DNA of 40,470 bases from a bacterium. GTDB taxonomy: Bacteria > SAR324 > NAC60-12. A model generated the notes under the pieces. The model saw only the letters and a list, made by a program, of their open reading frames with translations, was not told the origin of the DNA and did no database searches. Where the stretch lies: contig CBDDTI010000449.1 of the NCBI GenBank assembly GCA_965233585.1, positions 1-40,470 of the forward strand, given 5' to 3'. This document shows positions 26,201 to 37,420 of this stretch, piece after piece; positions within the stretch are counted from its first letter, which is position 1, and every line of letters starts with the position of its first letter. The position numbers were made by a program, and so were the translations under genes.

Positions 26201-29134
26201 GTTTCTAATCATTCTCCCTAGAATTGGAAAGAGAAACAGAGAATATCAAGATCACCTAAGATCACTTAAGATCACCTAAATTAAAGGATATCCCCAAAAT
26301 TCTCAGGATCTCACCATTTGACAAATGGTGATCGGAACTTTCAAAGAATTCATATCATCCCAACGTCCTGGCACAAAGCTGGCGACCTGAGGCAGGGAAA
26401 ATCATCTATCAATGGAGGGTTTTCAATGAGGGTAGATGGTTACCACTTACCATATATGAATGGTAAAGAGAATGTTGTCATGAGGCTAAGCTTGCTGTCT
26501 CATCTACTTGTTCATCGATTTATCCAAACAACCCGCTTTTCTGCAGGGAGCTAGTGGATATCGCCACGGTCTGTGGCAAATCCAACCAGCCCAGGAACGA
26601 TATCAAATAGGTATTTATATTATACATACTTAATTTCATAAACCCCAGAACTAGGGGATGGTTCCATCACCCAGAATTGTTTTTCATTTTGTCACATCAT
26701 CCTGTAATCATTCATTGGCACCAGACTAGTAATACCACTTATGGCATATCTGAAATACCCAACATTATTTTCATCACCCCATCATAATTGGCCAATGATG
26801 GTCAAAATAGTTCTCCATTTCTTAGATTTTCTTAGCTTTGCCACGTGTTTTTTCAATCTCCGTCGTGCTCCTGGCTCCCGCCCTTGAGGCCGGGGGCTCC
26901 GCATCCATAGCAGGGCCCAACTCGCGTCTGGCTCGACTCGTGGATATCTGGGGATTTACGGATATTTTTTTTATATTTCCCTAAAAAATAGCCTGAAGAT
27001 ATCTGAAGATCCAAGACATATGTTTGAAGTCTTGAATTCTACACATGTATATATGTATATGTATAAATATATATGTTAATATGGTTTGATCCCTTGGTGA
27101 AAGTTGCCAACCCACTAACAAGGAATGGTTTCAGATCCTAAAAACAACCAACCTTTCATGGGTTGATACCCCAATGACTCGACGACTCGGCCGGTGTCTT
27201 GCTGGCGGATTCACGGCTTCATCATGGTTCAAGCTTGCAGAATGATGTTTTGCTGTGCTGTTGGAATGTGTAGTTTTGACCGTTTCTATAGTTTCTAGAG
27301 TTACTCTCTAGTAAGCTGCTCTTGCCTTTCAGCAAAGATAAGCTCAAACCCAAAGCCACAAGACAGCGGCGTCATTCCAAAGTCGGGTTGGAGCAGTTGA
27401 TTGGTTCTCACTGCTACCATCTTCATCTAACAATCAAACCTCTGCCTTTGATTTCCACTTGGAAGTGCAGTCCAGTTATAAATGGATGTATACCTTGTAT
27501 GACCAGAGCTATAGGTGCCCATTGGGACCATATCCCAATTTATGGGCCTTATTTCACCATGGCACCTGTTTATTTCACCCCAACTGCTCTTTGATTCCCA
27601 TAATAAGACATGCAGAAGCGAGTCCTCAGCAGGATGGTATGGCATAAAACGTGCACTTTTTGTATACACTCGAAGAAGATCTTTTCAGCCCGTCGGCTCA
27701 CAAGGCACACGGTTCAAGAAGGCACAAGTTTGGGCCCAAGAATTCAAAGACTGGATATTAATCACCGGATGATCATTCTGACATTAGATAATGACCCACA
27801 AATGACTGGGTATGTCCCATGAATCTCCGTGACCAGGTGAGGGACGGAAACCGAACTCTCAGGGTTTGCCATGTTCTCACACGGGTCTCACAATGCATGG
27901 CTCAAATGCCAGGGCCACTCAGCAAATTGAACCTTGGCCCGACAAAAGTGAGTTGCTGGATACTTGCTGGGATATTCATTGAAATTTGTGTGGTATATAC
28001 ATGTATATACTATAAATATCTATTCACATGCAAGTCCGCAAATAAATCAACATGATACACATGATGCATCCACATATTCATCATTATATGGATATGTGAA
28101 CGGGATATCCCCAAATCATACCTTTGCACCACCAGTGTCATGATCTACCAAAATGAATCCGCTTTGACGCTGTTTCTCTTGCTAAGCATCACTTCTGTGA
28201 TGGCGTCGTCTAAAAAATTGGACCAAAATTTGGTACCGGATCATTGCTTGTCAACCATTATTGGTTGCAACTACACCCACTACTTCAGTTACTTACTTCA
28301 TTTCTCCAACCATACATCAGGCAATGACATTCTATTTGTAATTAGGACCATTATTGACCACTCACTTCCTATCTATAAATGATTTCCCCAGCTATGAACT
28401 GAACCTTCCATTTATAGATGAATTTTGCAATTTTAATGGCCAATTGATAGATTGTTTTCCCATTAAAGCCTCCACTGGTAGTTGATTTTCCTATATATTT
28501 TTCTATGTTTTTTCCATTGAAAGCTCCATTTATTGGAGGACTTCACCATGGCACCGACACCAGGAGCTCTGGGCACTCCGGCGGGAACTGCGACTCCTTC
28601 GGCTGCTCCTTGCAGGCAATGCATCGGTATCATCGGGATATGATTGGGAAAAGGCCAATGGAGTTCCCACGAACAAAATACCATGAAAATACCGATTCAA
28701 TCTGCTTCTCCCTATTTTTTATCCCATGGTTACTTCCCAATAACATATCCATATCTGTGGATTAATCTGCTTATCCCATGAAAATAGTCCCTTATGATCC
28801 CATATATAATGTTAACTGGATATTCCATTCATCTAACTATATATCCCATAGATGTGGATATTCCATTCATCCAACTGGGGAAAAAAAACCATGGTTATCC
28901 CATGAAATCTCATCAAAAATTCCCAGAAACAATTTGCCTCCCATGAAATCCCATGGTGAAATCCCACTAAAACCCATGGGTTCATCCCATCTCTGGAATC
29001 CATTGGATCCCCGGTTTCCCGGGGCGTCGCCCTCGGCTCCTTCACCTTGGGCGCTCCCTTCTGCGTGCCACCGCCCGAGGGCAACGCTGCGGTGCCACTG
29101 GCGGGCGCCACGCCGCCGCCGGCGCCCCTGTCAT
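20201..29134 (-). CDS. Multi-exon gene B: hypothetical Pro/Arg/Ser-rich protein with short coiled coil (~243 aa in the shortest model)
   Basis: Phase-consistent exons: 29134-29046, 28608-28555, 27857-27834, 27233-27192, 26927-26871, 26386-26368, 26183-26160, 25941-25924, 25433-25394, 25202-25171, 24721-24607, 23766-23713, 22978-22950, 22749-22724, 22625-22603, 22372-22332, 22122-22090, 20212-20201. Translation: MTGAPAAAWRPPVAPQRCPRAVARRRERPRSSRRSRSSRRS...SPALCQDDELAELQALCRSQARIQELESERAAPG...MTPLASPRPPGPSEALQRAQDLADLWGQRWSSDLPAGALPSPRPSPRGFQARIPVAWRPTQVLV*. Exons are GC-rich islands bounded by AG acceptors and GT/GC/GA donors. The start, the junctions at 25200-24600 and the 3' end are ambiguous. 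Confidence 0.6.
20320..21950 (-). pseudogene. Possible highly decayed non-LTR retroelement relic inside an intron
   Basis: High-complexity, microsatellite-free stretch with faint motif remnants on minus: CSDHSLVV (APE SDH-like, ~21560-21590), LDM..S.NSMEH (~21130-21170) and GTR-GAP-SS (~20740-20775). Spacing is imperfect and there are many stops. Confidence 0.25.
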
Positions 29135-29632
29135 GTGTAGTATTTTTTAGGATTCAATAGCTTCAATATGGTTCAACAACCAAAACTAGTAGGATCAGAA
29201 TTTAATGGACCAAATTTGTGCCCAACTAATTGTTTCAGGAGTAAGAAGGCATTAATGATAGGGATCATCATAACGAGAATATTTGACAATAGACATCATT
29301 ATAGTGATCATTTACAATGCCACAAGACGTCATTGGTGCGGCAAGAATCCATAGAGGGGATTGGGCAAAACCAGCCAGAAATGGGAATGTAGTCACTGTA
29401 GTCCAATACTTGGGGATTTAGCCTGGTAATCAAAACACCGGGCCCCATTTCGAATGCCATGGAAGAAAATCACAGGAGCCTCACTGGATGATCGCCGACA
29501 TCTTTTTTAACATGTTCAAACACCTTTCCCCTTCAGAACTTCTTTGGAATCGATCTCTGGAATTTGGATCCCTTGGATCACTCAACTCCGGCCATCAAAA
29601 CCATCCGACTCCGGTCACCCTGGCCCGTCGCA

Positions 29633-32600
29633 TTATACGCGCCTCAAGAAGACCGGTCTCTTGGCCTGGAGCTTCTCGAGAAGTCGACCCAGAAATCAGA
29701 GTTTCGTATGGCTTGATATTGGGAAGATACCACCATGAAATATGTAGAGGTGATACTTTCCTCCATTCACATGGAAGTTTTGGGTTATGCAGTTGTGCCC
29801 CCTTTTGAAACAAATCCATTGGGGGTTGGAACCCCAAAAATTGGGGTTGTTATTCCTAGATTTGAACTGAATTTTACTTCTAAACCTACTGACTGTTGGT
29901 TATACTCCCTAAATGCTGGTTGGTATCCTCCGCTTTGAGACAAACTCGGCTGATTGGTACATATCACAATCTGGCTTTGGGAGGAAACACCGACATCCCG
30001 TGGTTACCATCATTTTTCCGCCATTTAAATACCAAGTTGGGGGTATTTCATTGACTAAATCCACTACGATTAATCGTTAACACCTATATCGGTTCGTTCC
30101 CCGCCGGTCATCAAACATGGCCACGGGAAACCCCCTATAAATGGATGCTTGAATGGGAACATCATCACCAGTTAATCGATTATCTATAAAAATAAATGGG
30201 GGATGATCTATCTATAAATGGGGGGTTTCCAAGTGCTTCAAACATTCAAACCCAGCAGCGGCATATGGCACCTGCAAGGGCTCTGCATAGCCAGAGGTTT
30301 CAGATGGCACGCCCGGCATGGAGGGCTTCGCGATGGGCACCTTTAATGGGTGAGGCCCCATTGAAATCCATGGGAAAATGGTGATTTAACCAAGAAACAT
30401 GGGGTTTTCATGGGATTTGTAGCTGATTTATGGCCAAGTTGAGTTATAACTTGATTAACTAGGGTTGAAAGGGAGGAATATACTCTAGTTTTCATGGGTT
30501 ACATTATAACTTGGGGGTCTCACCGTGATATCCCATGAATCTGGTATCTCATGATCATTATACCCCATTAAATCCCATTAATTTGACTGAGCAATGCGTC
30601 CATTTCGTCGATTTCCCGTAGATTTTCTCACCTTTTTTTGAATCCGATAATCCCATTGAGTCCCGAGAGAAGTTCCCCACAGATTCCCCAACCATGGAGG
30701 GAAACTGAGCACAAGCACAGCGAAATTCATGTGCGTGGGGGTTTTCAACGATGCTGACACATGGCATTTAGCTAAGCCTTGCATGGAACCAAGTGCGGAT
30801 CTAATGACCAAATATGGGGATACTATAAGCGCTTGCTATCACCATGCAACAAAACAAGAGATTTACAGATGCAAATATAACCTGTCTTATCATCTGCAAA
30901 GTGTAATTGTAAATCCCACTTTTTATGTTGGCGATATTTTTAAACATCCCCAAATTCTGCTTGGTATCCTTAAAAAATCAGTAGTAAGTAGAAATCCCAC
31001 CACAACCTCCTGATAACCCCTAAATTCCCTAAATTGTGGCTAATCCCCCAAAATCCCCATGATCATCATGATATTTGACAAGATTTGATGGGATAGTATC
31101 ATCAAATTTTCTGGCACATAATCCCAATAAATCCCCATTGACTATATCATGATATGATTAAAAAATCCCAATAAATCCCAATACATCCCCATTGTTCAAA
31201 ACGAATGATCTTTTCCCTATATGGGGCTGGCCAAGTCACTGAAGCAGCTACCAGGCGTGGCACGTAGGCATCGCCACCCAAGAAACGCACCTCTAATTGT
31301 GAAGCGATGGGAAGATGGTGGGGGTTTGGGATACAAAGTAACCATCTAATTGTAATCTGGTTGGTGGTTTCAACCCTCTGAAAAATGTTAATCATTGGGA
31401 AGGATTATCCCATGTATTATGGAAAATAAAAAATGTTCCAAACCACCAACCAGTAATTTACATATACCATCCCTATATGGTAATCCCCATCTAATTGATA
31501 CATTACTACCCCCATAATGGGAAGATTTGTAATCGGGATGTGAGTTTTTTGGATAGAGTGGGAATATTAGATATGGGATATAACCTACACTTCAAAGTGA
31601 TTCACAAACAGTGCAGGAGATGTCATGTCGTCTAGGGAGGTGTTATGTCAAAACATGAGCAGCTTGGTGGCTATCACAATGCAGTTCTTTGAAAGAATCC
31701 CGAAGATCAAAATTGCCATGTCCTCTCAAAACTCGCCAAAAGATGGACATGTGCATGGATAAGTATGACTTTCATTAATCATTAATCTTGCCATATGGCT
31801 ATGAGTCAAAACCTTGGTGCCCAAACCGTACCCTAAGAAAGCTGGTTAATGGATGTTGGTTCCTCTAAATATGGGAATACCATCTGGTTATTTAACATAG
31901 CCATGGAAAATCACAATTTTTAATAGGTAAACCATCTATAAATGGGTCATTTCCCGTGGCTATGTTAAATAACCAGAGGGTAATAGTTTTGAGCCCATAC
32001 CCATATCGATGGCCTCCAGCTCCCTTGGGCCTCATCTTCGCCTTCGATGGCTGTGACTGGCTGACCACCAGGGTACCACTTGTTCTGCACCAGTCGTTGA
32101 TGTGCCACCTGCCAGGGCAGGGTGAGGAAGTGAAACCTCTATGGCTCTGGATGTTTGATCATCTAAGTTCTCTTAAACATGTTACGTAACTCACTTATTC
32201 TATGGATATCCACACTGATTTATATATATATATATACACATGTCTACATGATACATATTATATGAAAATATAATACCATGTGTTTTATATAGATGGGGTG
32301 TTTTTAACTTCTCAGTGCTGCTGGATGCCAGTGCACCTCCTCCTGCACCGTGGTGAAGGTCTTCTTGTTGAGGACAGCTTGGGCCGCCATCCCTCGGCGA
32401 TCGTCAATGGACGTTGAAACTATGGTAAAATGGATGGCCTGGATATGAAATAACCATGACGCAATGGCTTATGGATTTTGGAAGCATTTCATATGGATGG
32501 ATGAATTCTTTTTAGAATTAGGATTTGAATCTTGGAACCACAGAGTTTGGAGGGTTCTTGTAAACTGTAAGCAAGCAAGACATTCCCCCACCAATATTGT

Positions 32601-33078
32601 GATGTCTATCGACTTCTCTTTCAATATTCATCCATTCTGACAAATCTATAGCACGACAGGTTGGGAGCGATGCTTGCTGAATCCTATTCTTGGTTCACTT
32701 GATATATTGCAACCATCCCTTTGTATGCTTTACTTGAAAAATCCTACTGATAAGGATGGATGTCCTATTTCTCACTGCTCGTGATGTTCTGACACTGACA
32801 CTCCATGTAGTTTTGTCTGAAAAGGGTGATTCGGAGTGATCATCATTTTCCCCTGTTTGCATTGCCATGTGGCGTGCCTTATCACATTTCCAGACACGCC
32901 CAAAAATCATATTCTTGGTACATCCAATTATACCCAATGAAATCCCCATTCAATTCCCATATGGCTGTTTAATACCATGAAATGGGAACAATCCCTACGA
33001 ACCAGACTTATCCTCCTTTGGGTCATGTCGCAACTCACATAGCTCCACAGGTCCCAACTGTGGGAATCGGTCGAACGC
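29633..33078 (-). CDS. 3' part of multi-exon gene A: protein with PKS/FAS ketoreductase structural-subdomain (pseudo-KR) C-terminal motif; 5' exons probably lie beyond the LINE, outside the window
   Basis: Exons 33078-33039, 32392-32337, 32108-32031, 31290-31240, 30340-30272 and 29665-29633 splice in frame: AFDRFPQLGPVELWMAAQAVLNKKTFTTVQEEVAHQRLVQNKWYPGGQPVTAIEGEDEVRFLGGDAYVPRLVAASVPIAKPSMPGVPSETSGYAEPLQAKRPVFLRRV*. The motif GEDEV..GG..YVPRL is formed only across a splice junction, which supports the model. Confidence 0.75.
31357..31453. mobile_element. 97-bp MITE
   Basis: Perfect 14-bp TIRs CTGGTTGGTGGTTT / AAACCACCAACCAG, flanked on both sides by TAAT (candidate target-site duplication). 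Confidence 0.85.
31793..32006. mobile_element. MITE (outer) interrupted by a nested MITE
   Basis: Left ATATGGCTATGAGTCAAAAC vs reverse complement of right end ATATGGGTATGGGCTCAAAAC. A related partial copy lies at ~33090-33175. Confidence 0.65.
31878..31982. mobile_element. 105-bp MITE with long TIRs and TA ends (Tc1/mariner-Stowaway-like)
   Basis: TACCATCTGGTTATTTAACATAGCCATGGAAAAT vs reverse complement of right end TACCCTCTGGTTATTTAACATAGCCACGGGAAAT match 31/34. Decayed relatives occur at ~16951-17065 and ~30100-30232. Confidence 0.9.
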
Positions 33079-33375
33079 CTGGTGCCTAGAAGGTGCCCTA
33101 ATTCATAGCTGGTAATAGCTGGATGTTTAAATTCCCCCAGTCATGTGGTAATGGGCCAACGACCCATCCCCATTTCTCCCAATTTCTACCAGCTTTTTGT
33201 TGGAAGTGTTGGACTTTTTTCCGAACCAAAAGATTGTTGAAATACTAAACAGTGGCGTCATCCAAATCTGGTGTCATTTGAGCAGTATTCGAAACCTTCT
33301 GTCGTCCCTTTTCCGTTTCCATCCCGCCGAGTCTTCGCAAACTGGTGAAACGCAGAGTTGCGACGGCAAAGATGG

Positions 33376-35715
33376 TTAGTGCAACTTCCCCTTGAAGTCG
33401 TCGAGGTGCCGGAGGGCTTGAACTGTTTTAACACCGCTGGCTCCGCTTGCCCGCAGGAGGCCATCGACCCTTCCAAAAACCTCAGGGCTCGTTCTGACAA
33501 GAAGGCATCTCTGCCAGCTACGGAAAACTCCTCCTGCTGGCATATTTGGCCTCACAGTGAGAGGCAAGTCCAAGGTCTTGGCAAAGCACTTCAGAGCGGC
33601 CATTATCCATGCAGAAAAACGTACAAAATCAAATCCCTCAGTTATCGCATGGTGATCAGCTGAGAGCCAGACTTTGTTCTTTCGATCATACATGAGTCCG
33701 TATTGCCCCATAGTGCCCTGAAAGTGGACTAGGAGCTGGTAACTGCAGAGCCAAAGTGGTATACAGTCGGTGCCCTGCTGAAGCAGTGTGACCCATTGAA
33801 ACATTGTCTGCAGTGTATCCCCCATTGTGTGTTGGTCAGGTATAACAAGTGCATCTGGTAGCGGAGCCAGGCTCACTGTTTCACTGACCTCACTGGGTTG
33901 TTCTGCAACCTGAGCCCATGCTGTGTCGTCTTGGCGACTTAAGGCATCCTTGGCTTGCACGCACTTCCGAGCATTGCAGACAAACATGGTATGCAATTCA
34001 AAACATGCCTTTTTACGTTGAGTCCACATTGATTCTGCTTGGTGAAGAACGTGCTTAAGCGGCTGCGGCAGGTTCTGTTGGACGGTTTCTGCCATCCTGT
34101 CCACAAAATCATTTCCCTGAATGACCCACTGATCGATCGGGTGATCGTACTTTGTCCTATCCAAGTGGGACACAACTTTAACCACTTTCTGAAAAAGGCC
34201 CCTGGACATGGTCTGTTTAACCAGAGAAAAAAGCTGCATCCAAAGATCATGGTCATTCTGCTTACGACGCGGCGGAATTGCACGATCTTGTTGGTACTGA
34301 CAGAGTCGCTTGTAGACAGTATCGTTATCCGTCCAAACATAAAACTTCCTACGGTGTGCAAGGGCAAAACGGAAAGCAACAATGGCGGCTGTGGCTTCAG
34401 CTCTAAGGGCTGTTTGGTACATTCCTGACAAAACTGCACTTGCTACCGGAGCAAAGTCACCTTCATTCAATGTGGCAATGGCCACTCCCCATGATGCAAC
34501 CCGCAGCCTGGGCACTGTCGGGTTTCGGCAGCTTCCATCTACGAATAGGTGGGCTGTCTCTACTTCGCAAGGTGTGGCAAACTGACATGTGTTGTGATGT
34601 GGCATGGTGTGCAAGACCCTACGCAGGTGTTCATCGCATGCATGCTCAACAAACCATCCATGGAGTTGGGTACACTCAGGTTGCGCAGCAACATATGTAC
34701 GCGTGGTGTCTGATAGCTGCCATCTGGTTTCTGAGAAAGCTGGGCATTCCCATGCTCGATGATAAACTGAGTCCTGGGCACTGCACCATGGGCAATCCTT
34801 GGATGGAATCTTGCCTGCATGAATCTGCTTATTTCTCGTATAAAAAGTACCGTTCATACTGGTGCGCAAAAGCCCAAGGTCTTCTAAACTCATGGCGTCC
34901 TGGGTGGACCTGGACAACTCTCCATCAACTTGGCCGAGCCCTGCAAACTCCTGCCTGGATTGCATGAGACATCCAACGGTCTTTTCCCATGCCTGCATCA
35001 GTCTTTTCCGCAAGAGCTGGATTGGGCTATCGATCAGGTGAAGAGTGCAGTGTTCATGATCCAAGAGAAATCCATCTTGTGCCCACTGCCACTGTATTTC
35101 ATGCAACCTAGCCAGGAAAACTCCACACGGGCCAGGGTTGTAATGTCGAGGTGGGCAACTTGTGAGGGCATTGAGCAATGGGAAAGCAACCTCAGGTATG
35201 CAAAAATTCCGGAATGAAGAGACCGTCTCAATCAGAGTATACAAACCAGGGTCTTGCTTGGGGGAAAGGAGGCCAAACTGGATAGTGGCTGATGCCCCTT
35301 TCTTGTTCCATCGAAGGGCAGCCATAGCCTGGGCTCTCATACGGGAGAAATGTTCAGTGGCTAAAGCTACTCCGGCAATGCCGTGGAGGCATCGTGGCCA
35401 AGCGACTGCTGCTATGGCTCGAAGTTTCTGCTGTTGCGGTGCTGTACTCCTGGAAAGTAAGCTCCAAAACTCCTTGGTTTTTTCAATTCTGGTGCGTGAC
35501 ACTTGATTAGTAAATTTCCTAGTGTAATTCAACTGTCCTCCCAAGTCCTTGGCTGAGAAAACAACGGAGTACTGCTGATTTCGGAGAAATTTACGATCTT
35601 CACTGGTGGTTGCCCAGAAATGGGTTTTGGCACGATCTAATTGCAAGTCAACGCTGAGGGCAAATTCTTCCATCATGCAATATACCCTACATGTTGTGTG
35701 AGCGCAAGATGACAC
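33376..35715 (-). CDS. LINE ORF2 C-terminal part: RT thumb, CCHC zinc knuckle, RNase H
   Basis: RT C-terminal motifs LDRAKT and KDLG; zinc knuckle CPWCSAQDSVYHRAWEC; RNase H catalytic motifs LFVDGS, RAEA, VWTDN, KVVSH and GNDFVD. It continues the upstream frame via a 1-nt frameshift at ~35720. Confidence 0.92.
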   Translation of the reverse strand: MSSCAHTTCRVYCMMEEFALSVDLQLDRAKTHFWATTSEDRKFLRNQQYSVVFSAKDLGGQLNYTRKFTNQVSRTRIEKTKEFWSLLSRSTAPQQQKLRAIAAVAWPRCLHGIAGVALATEHFSRMRAQAMAALRWNKKGASATIQFGLLSPKQDPGLYTLIETVSSFRNFCIPEVAFPLLNALTSCPPRHYNPGPCGVFLARLHEIQWQWAQDGFLLDHEHCTLHLIDSPIQLLRKRLMQAWEKTVGCLMQSRQEFAGLGQVDGELSRSTQDAMSLEDLGLLRTSMNGTFYTRNKQIHAGKIPSKDCPWCSAQDSVYHRAWECPAFSETRWQLSDTTRTYVAAQPECTQLHGWFVEHACDEHLRRVLHTMPHHNTCQFATPCEVETAHLFVDGSCRNPTVPRLRVASWGVAIATLNEGDFAPVASAVLSGMYQTALRAEATAAIVAFRFALAHRRKFYVWTDNDTVYKRLCQYQQDRAIPPRRKQNDHDLWMQLFSLVKQTMSRGLFQKVVKVVSHLDRTKYDHPIDQWVIQGNDFVDRMAETVQQNLPQPLKHVLHQAESMWTQRKKACFELHTMFVCNARKCVQAKDALSRQDDTAWAQVAEQPSEVSETVSLAPLPDALVIPDQHTMGDTLQTMFQWVTLLQQGTDCIPLWLCSYQLLVHFQGTMGQYGLMYDRKNKVWLSADHHAITEGFDFVRFSAWIMAALKCFAKTLDLPLTVRPNMPAGGVFRSWQRCLLVRTSPEVFGRVDGLLRASGASGVKTVQALRHLDDFKGKLH

Positions 35716-37420
35716 TACCTCCAGTTGTCTACAAAACTCAAAACCTGAGCAGGCTGGTTAGAGGCTTCAAGGATTTTGTGCATCGCAATGTTCAACAGCG
35801 ACATGGCCACAACCGAGAGTGGGTCACCCTCTGGGTACCCCGTGGAGCTGAACATGGCTGGGGACACTGCACCAGATACCACAAAAGATCTCTGTACCCT
35901 TGCCACTGCATTATGCCAGGTCCGGATCAGGGCAAGTGGGAGACCAAAATGTCGGGCACATGCATAGATAGCAGGTCGAGCAAGGTTGTTGAAACACTTC
36001 TTGATGTCAGTGACGATACCTGTCAAGGCTTCATTGGTGTTACTAGCTGCTTCAATTGCTTGGGAAACATGCCACCACATGTTGGCTGTGGAGCAATTTG
36101 GCCGGTTGCCTACCAATCCAGGAGGTGACTGGCTGTCCAACCATTTGAGGGCTTGTTTGGCACGGATGGACGCCCACACCCGATATGGGAGCGGTAGCAC
36201 TGTTATTGGCCTGAACTCTTGAGGAGAACATGCGTCTGGGACCTTCTCAACTGACGTGATGTGTCCCTGAAGTGCCTCCTGGGGCCAATCTGCTTGGCCA
36301 GTGTCGTACTCATTGACCAATTGGACCAACCTATCGGTCAGCAGGGCTGGCATCCTCAAAAGATCTAGTCTAGACACTCCATCTGGACCAGTGGCTGTGA
36401 TGGATTTTTTGTTCTGGACTGTCTGCATCCATTGATCGGTGGTTATGGGCGGTAAAGGCATGGTGTCGGAAGCTCCCTCAGTGTGGGTGAGCAGGTTAAC
36501 AACAAAACCGTCCCAGTGCCCCACTGGAGTGTCCTCGTGTTTTTGCCACATGGGTTTCCACAAGGCCTCGAAGGCTGCAAAAATGTCAGGCAAATCTGCT
36601 TGCATTTTTTGTTGTGACAACAAATCACCTACCTCCACGTGGCCTGGATCGGTGAGCACTAACTCGCCTGGAGTGTGGGCTATGTCGATGAGTGGCACAG
36701 TGGCGGCTTCCACAGGGAAATCACATGCCAAATGGGCAGGCTGGTATTGAATGGTTTTTCCCTCGTTGAGAATAGCTGTCACTGTGGCATGAACCTGTGT
36801 TACCACAGACTGCACTGGCATGGCTCGTGGTCTTGCTACATCTTTGAAGATCACATTGGGGTCTTGGACCCTTCTGCTTTTGGCTTGTTCCCGCCTGGTG
36901 CGGTTCAACACATTGGTCAGGGCTTGATACTGCTGTTGAAAGGTGTGAAAGACTGCACTGGCTACATCATAACCCGGGGGCTTGTGAGGCAGGCTGGCAG
37001 GGCTATGCTCATGGTGTGGAAAATCCCTCCATGCTCGTGGAAAACCCCCGGGAAAACCGGGTGCTGCTCGGATGCAATGCCAAAGGTCAGTCTTGTGTTG
37101 CTGGGTCTGGGCATGGCCCTTCTGGCTCTTGGTGACGGCTACATAACTTTGGATCCTATGGAGCTGCCTAATCCACTGCGTGTGTTGCCAGTGCTCCCCA
37201 AGGAAAAGGACCTGGCATTCATGCTTCCGTGAAGGCCTCACTGGTGTGATCGGGTGGTGCAACCATTTGGGAACTTGGGTCTGGCATCGTCCCTTCTGAT
37301 TGGGCATCAGGCCGGGGTGGTGCTTGGCCCGAAGTGCCTGGTCCGCACACTGCTCAAGCTGTTGAAAAACCTGGTGATATGTACTGGCCGGGCATGGGTC
37401 TGTCATTACTTGGTCAGGGG
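35715..37420 (-). CDS. LINE ORF2 middle part: linker and reverse transcriptase core
   Basis: Motifs TATGPDGV, FRPITVLP, DIKKCFN, GYPEGDPLS and SFVDN in canonical non-LTR RT order. Confidence 0.93.

Noticed and set aside
30778..30800. Extra gene A micro-exon (DPHLVPCK)
   Set aside because: It has AG/GC boundaries, but its phase is incompatible with the flanking exons, which join cleanly without it.
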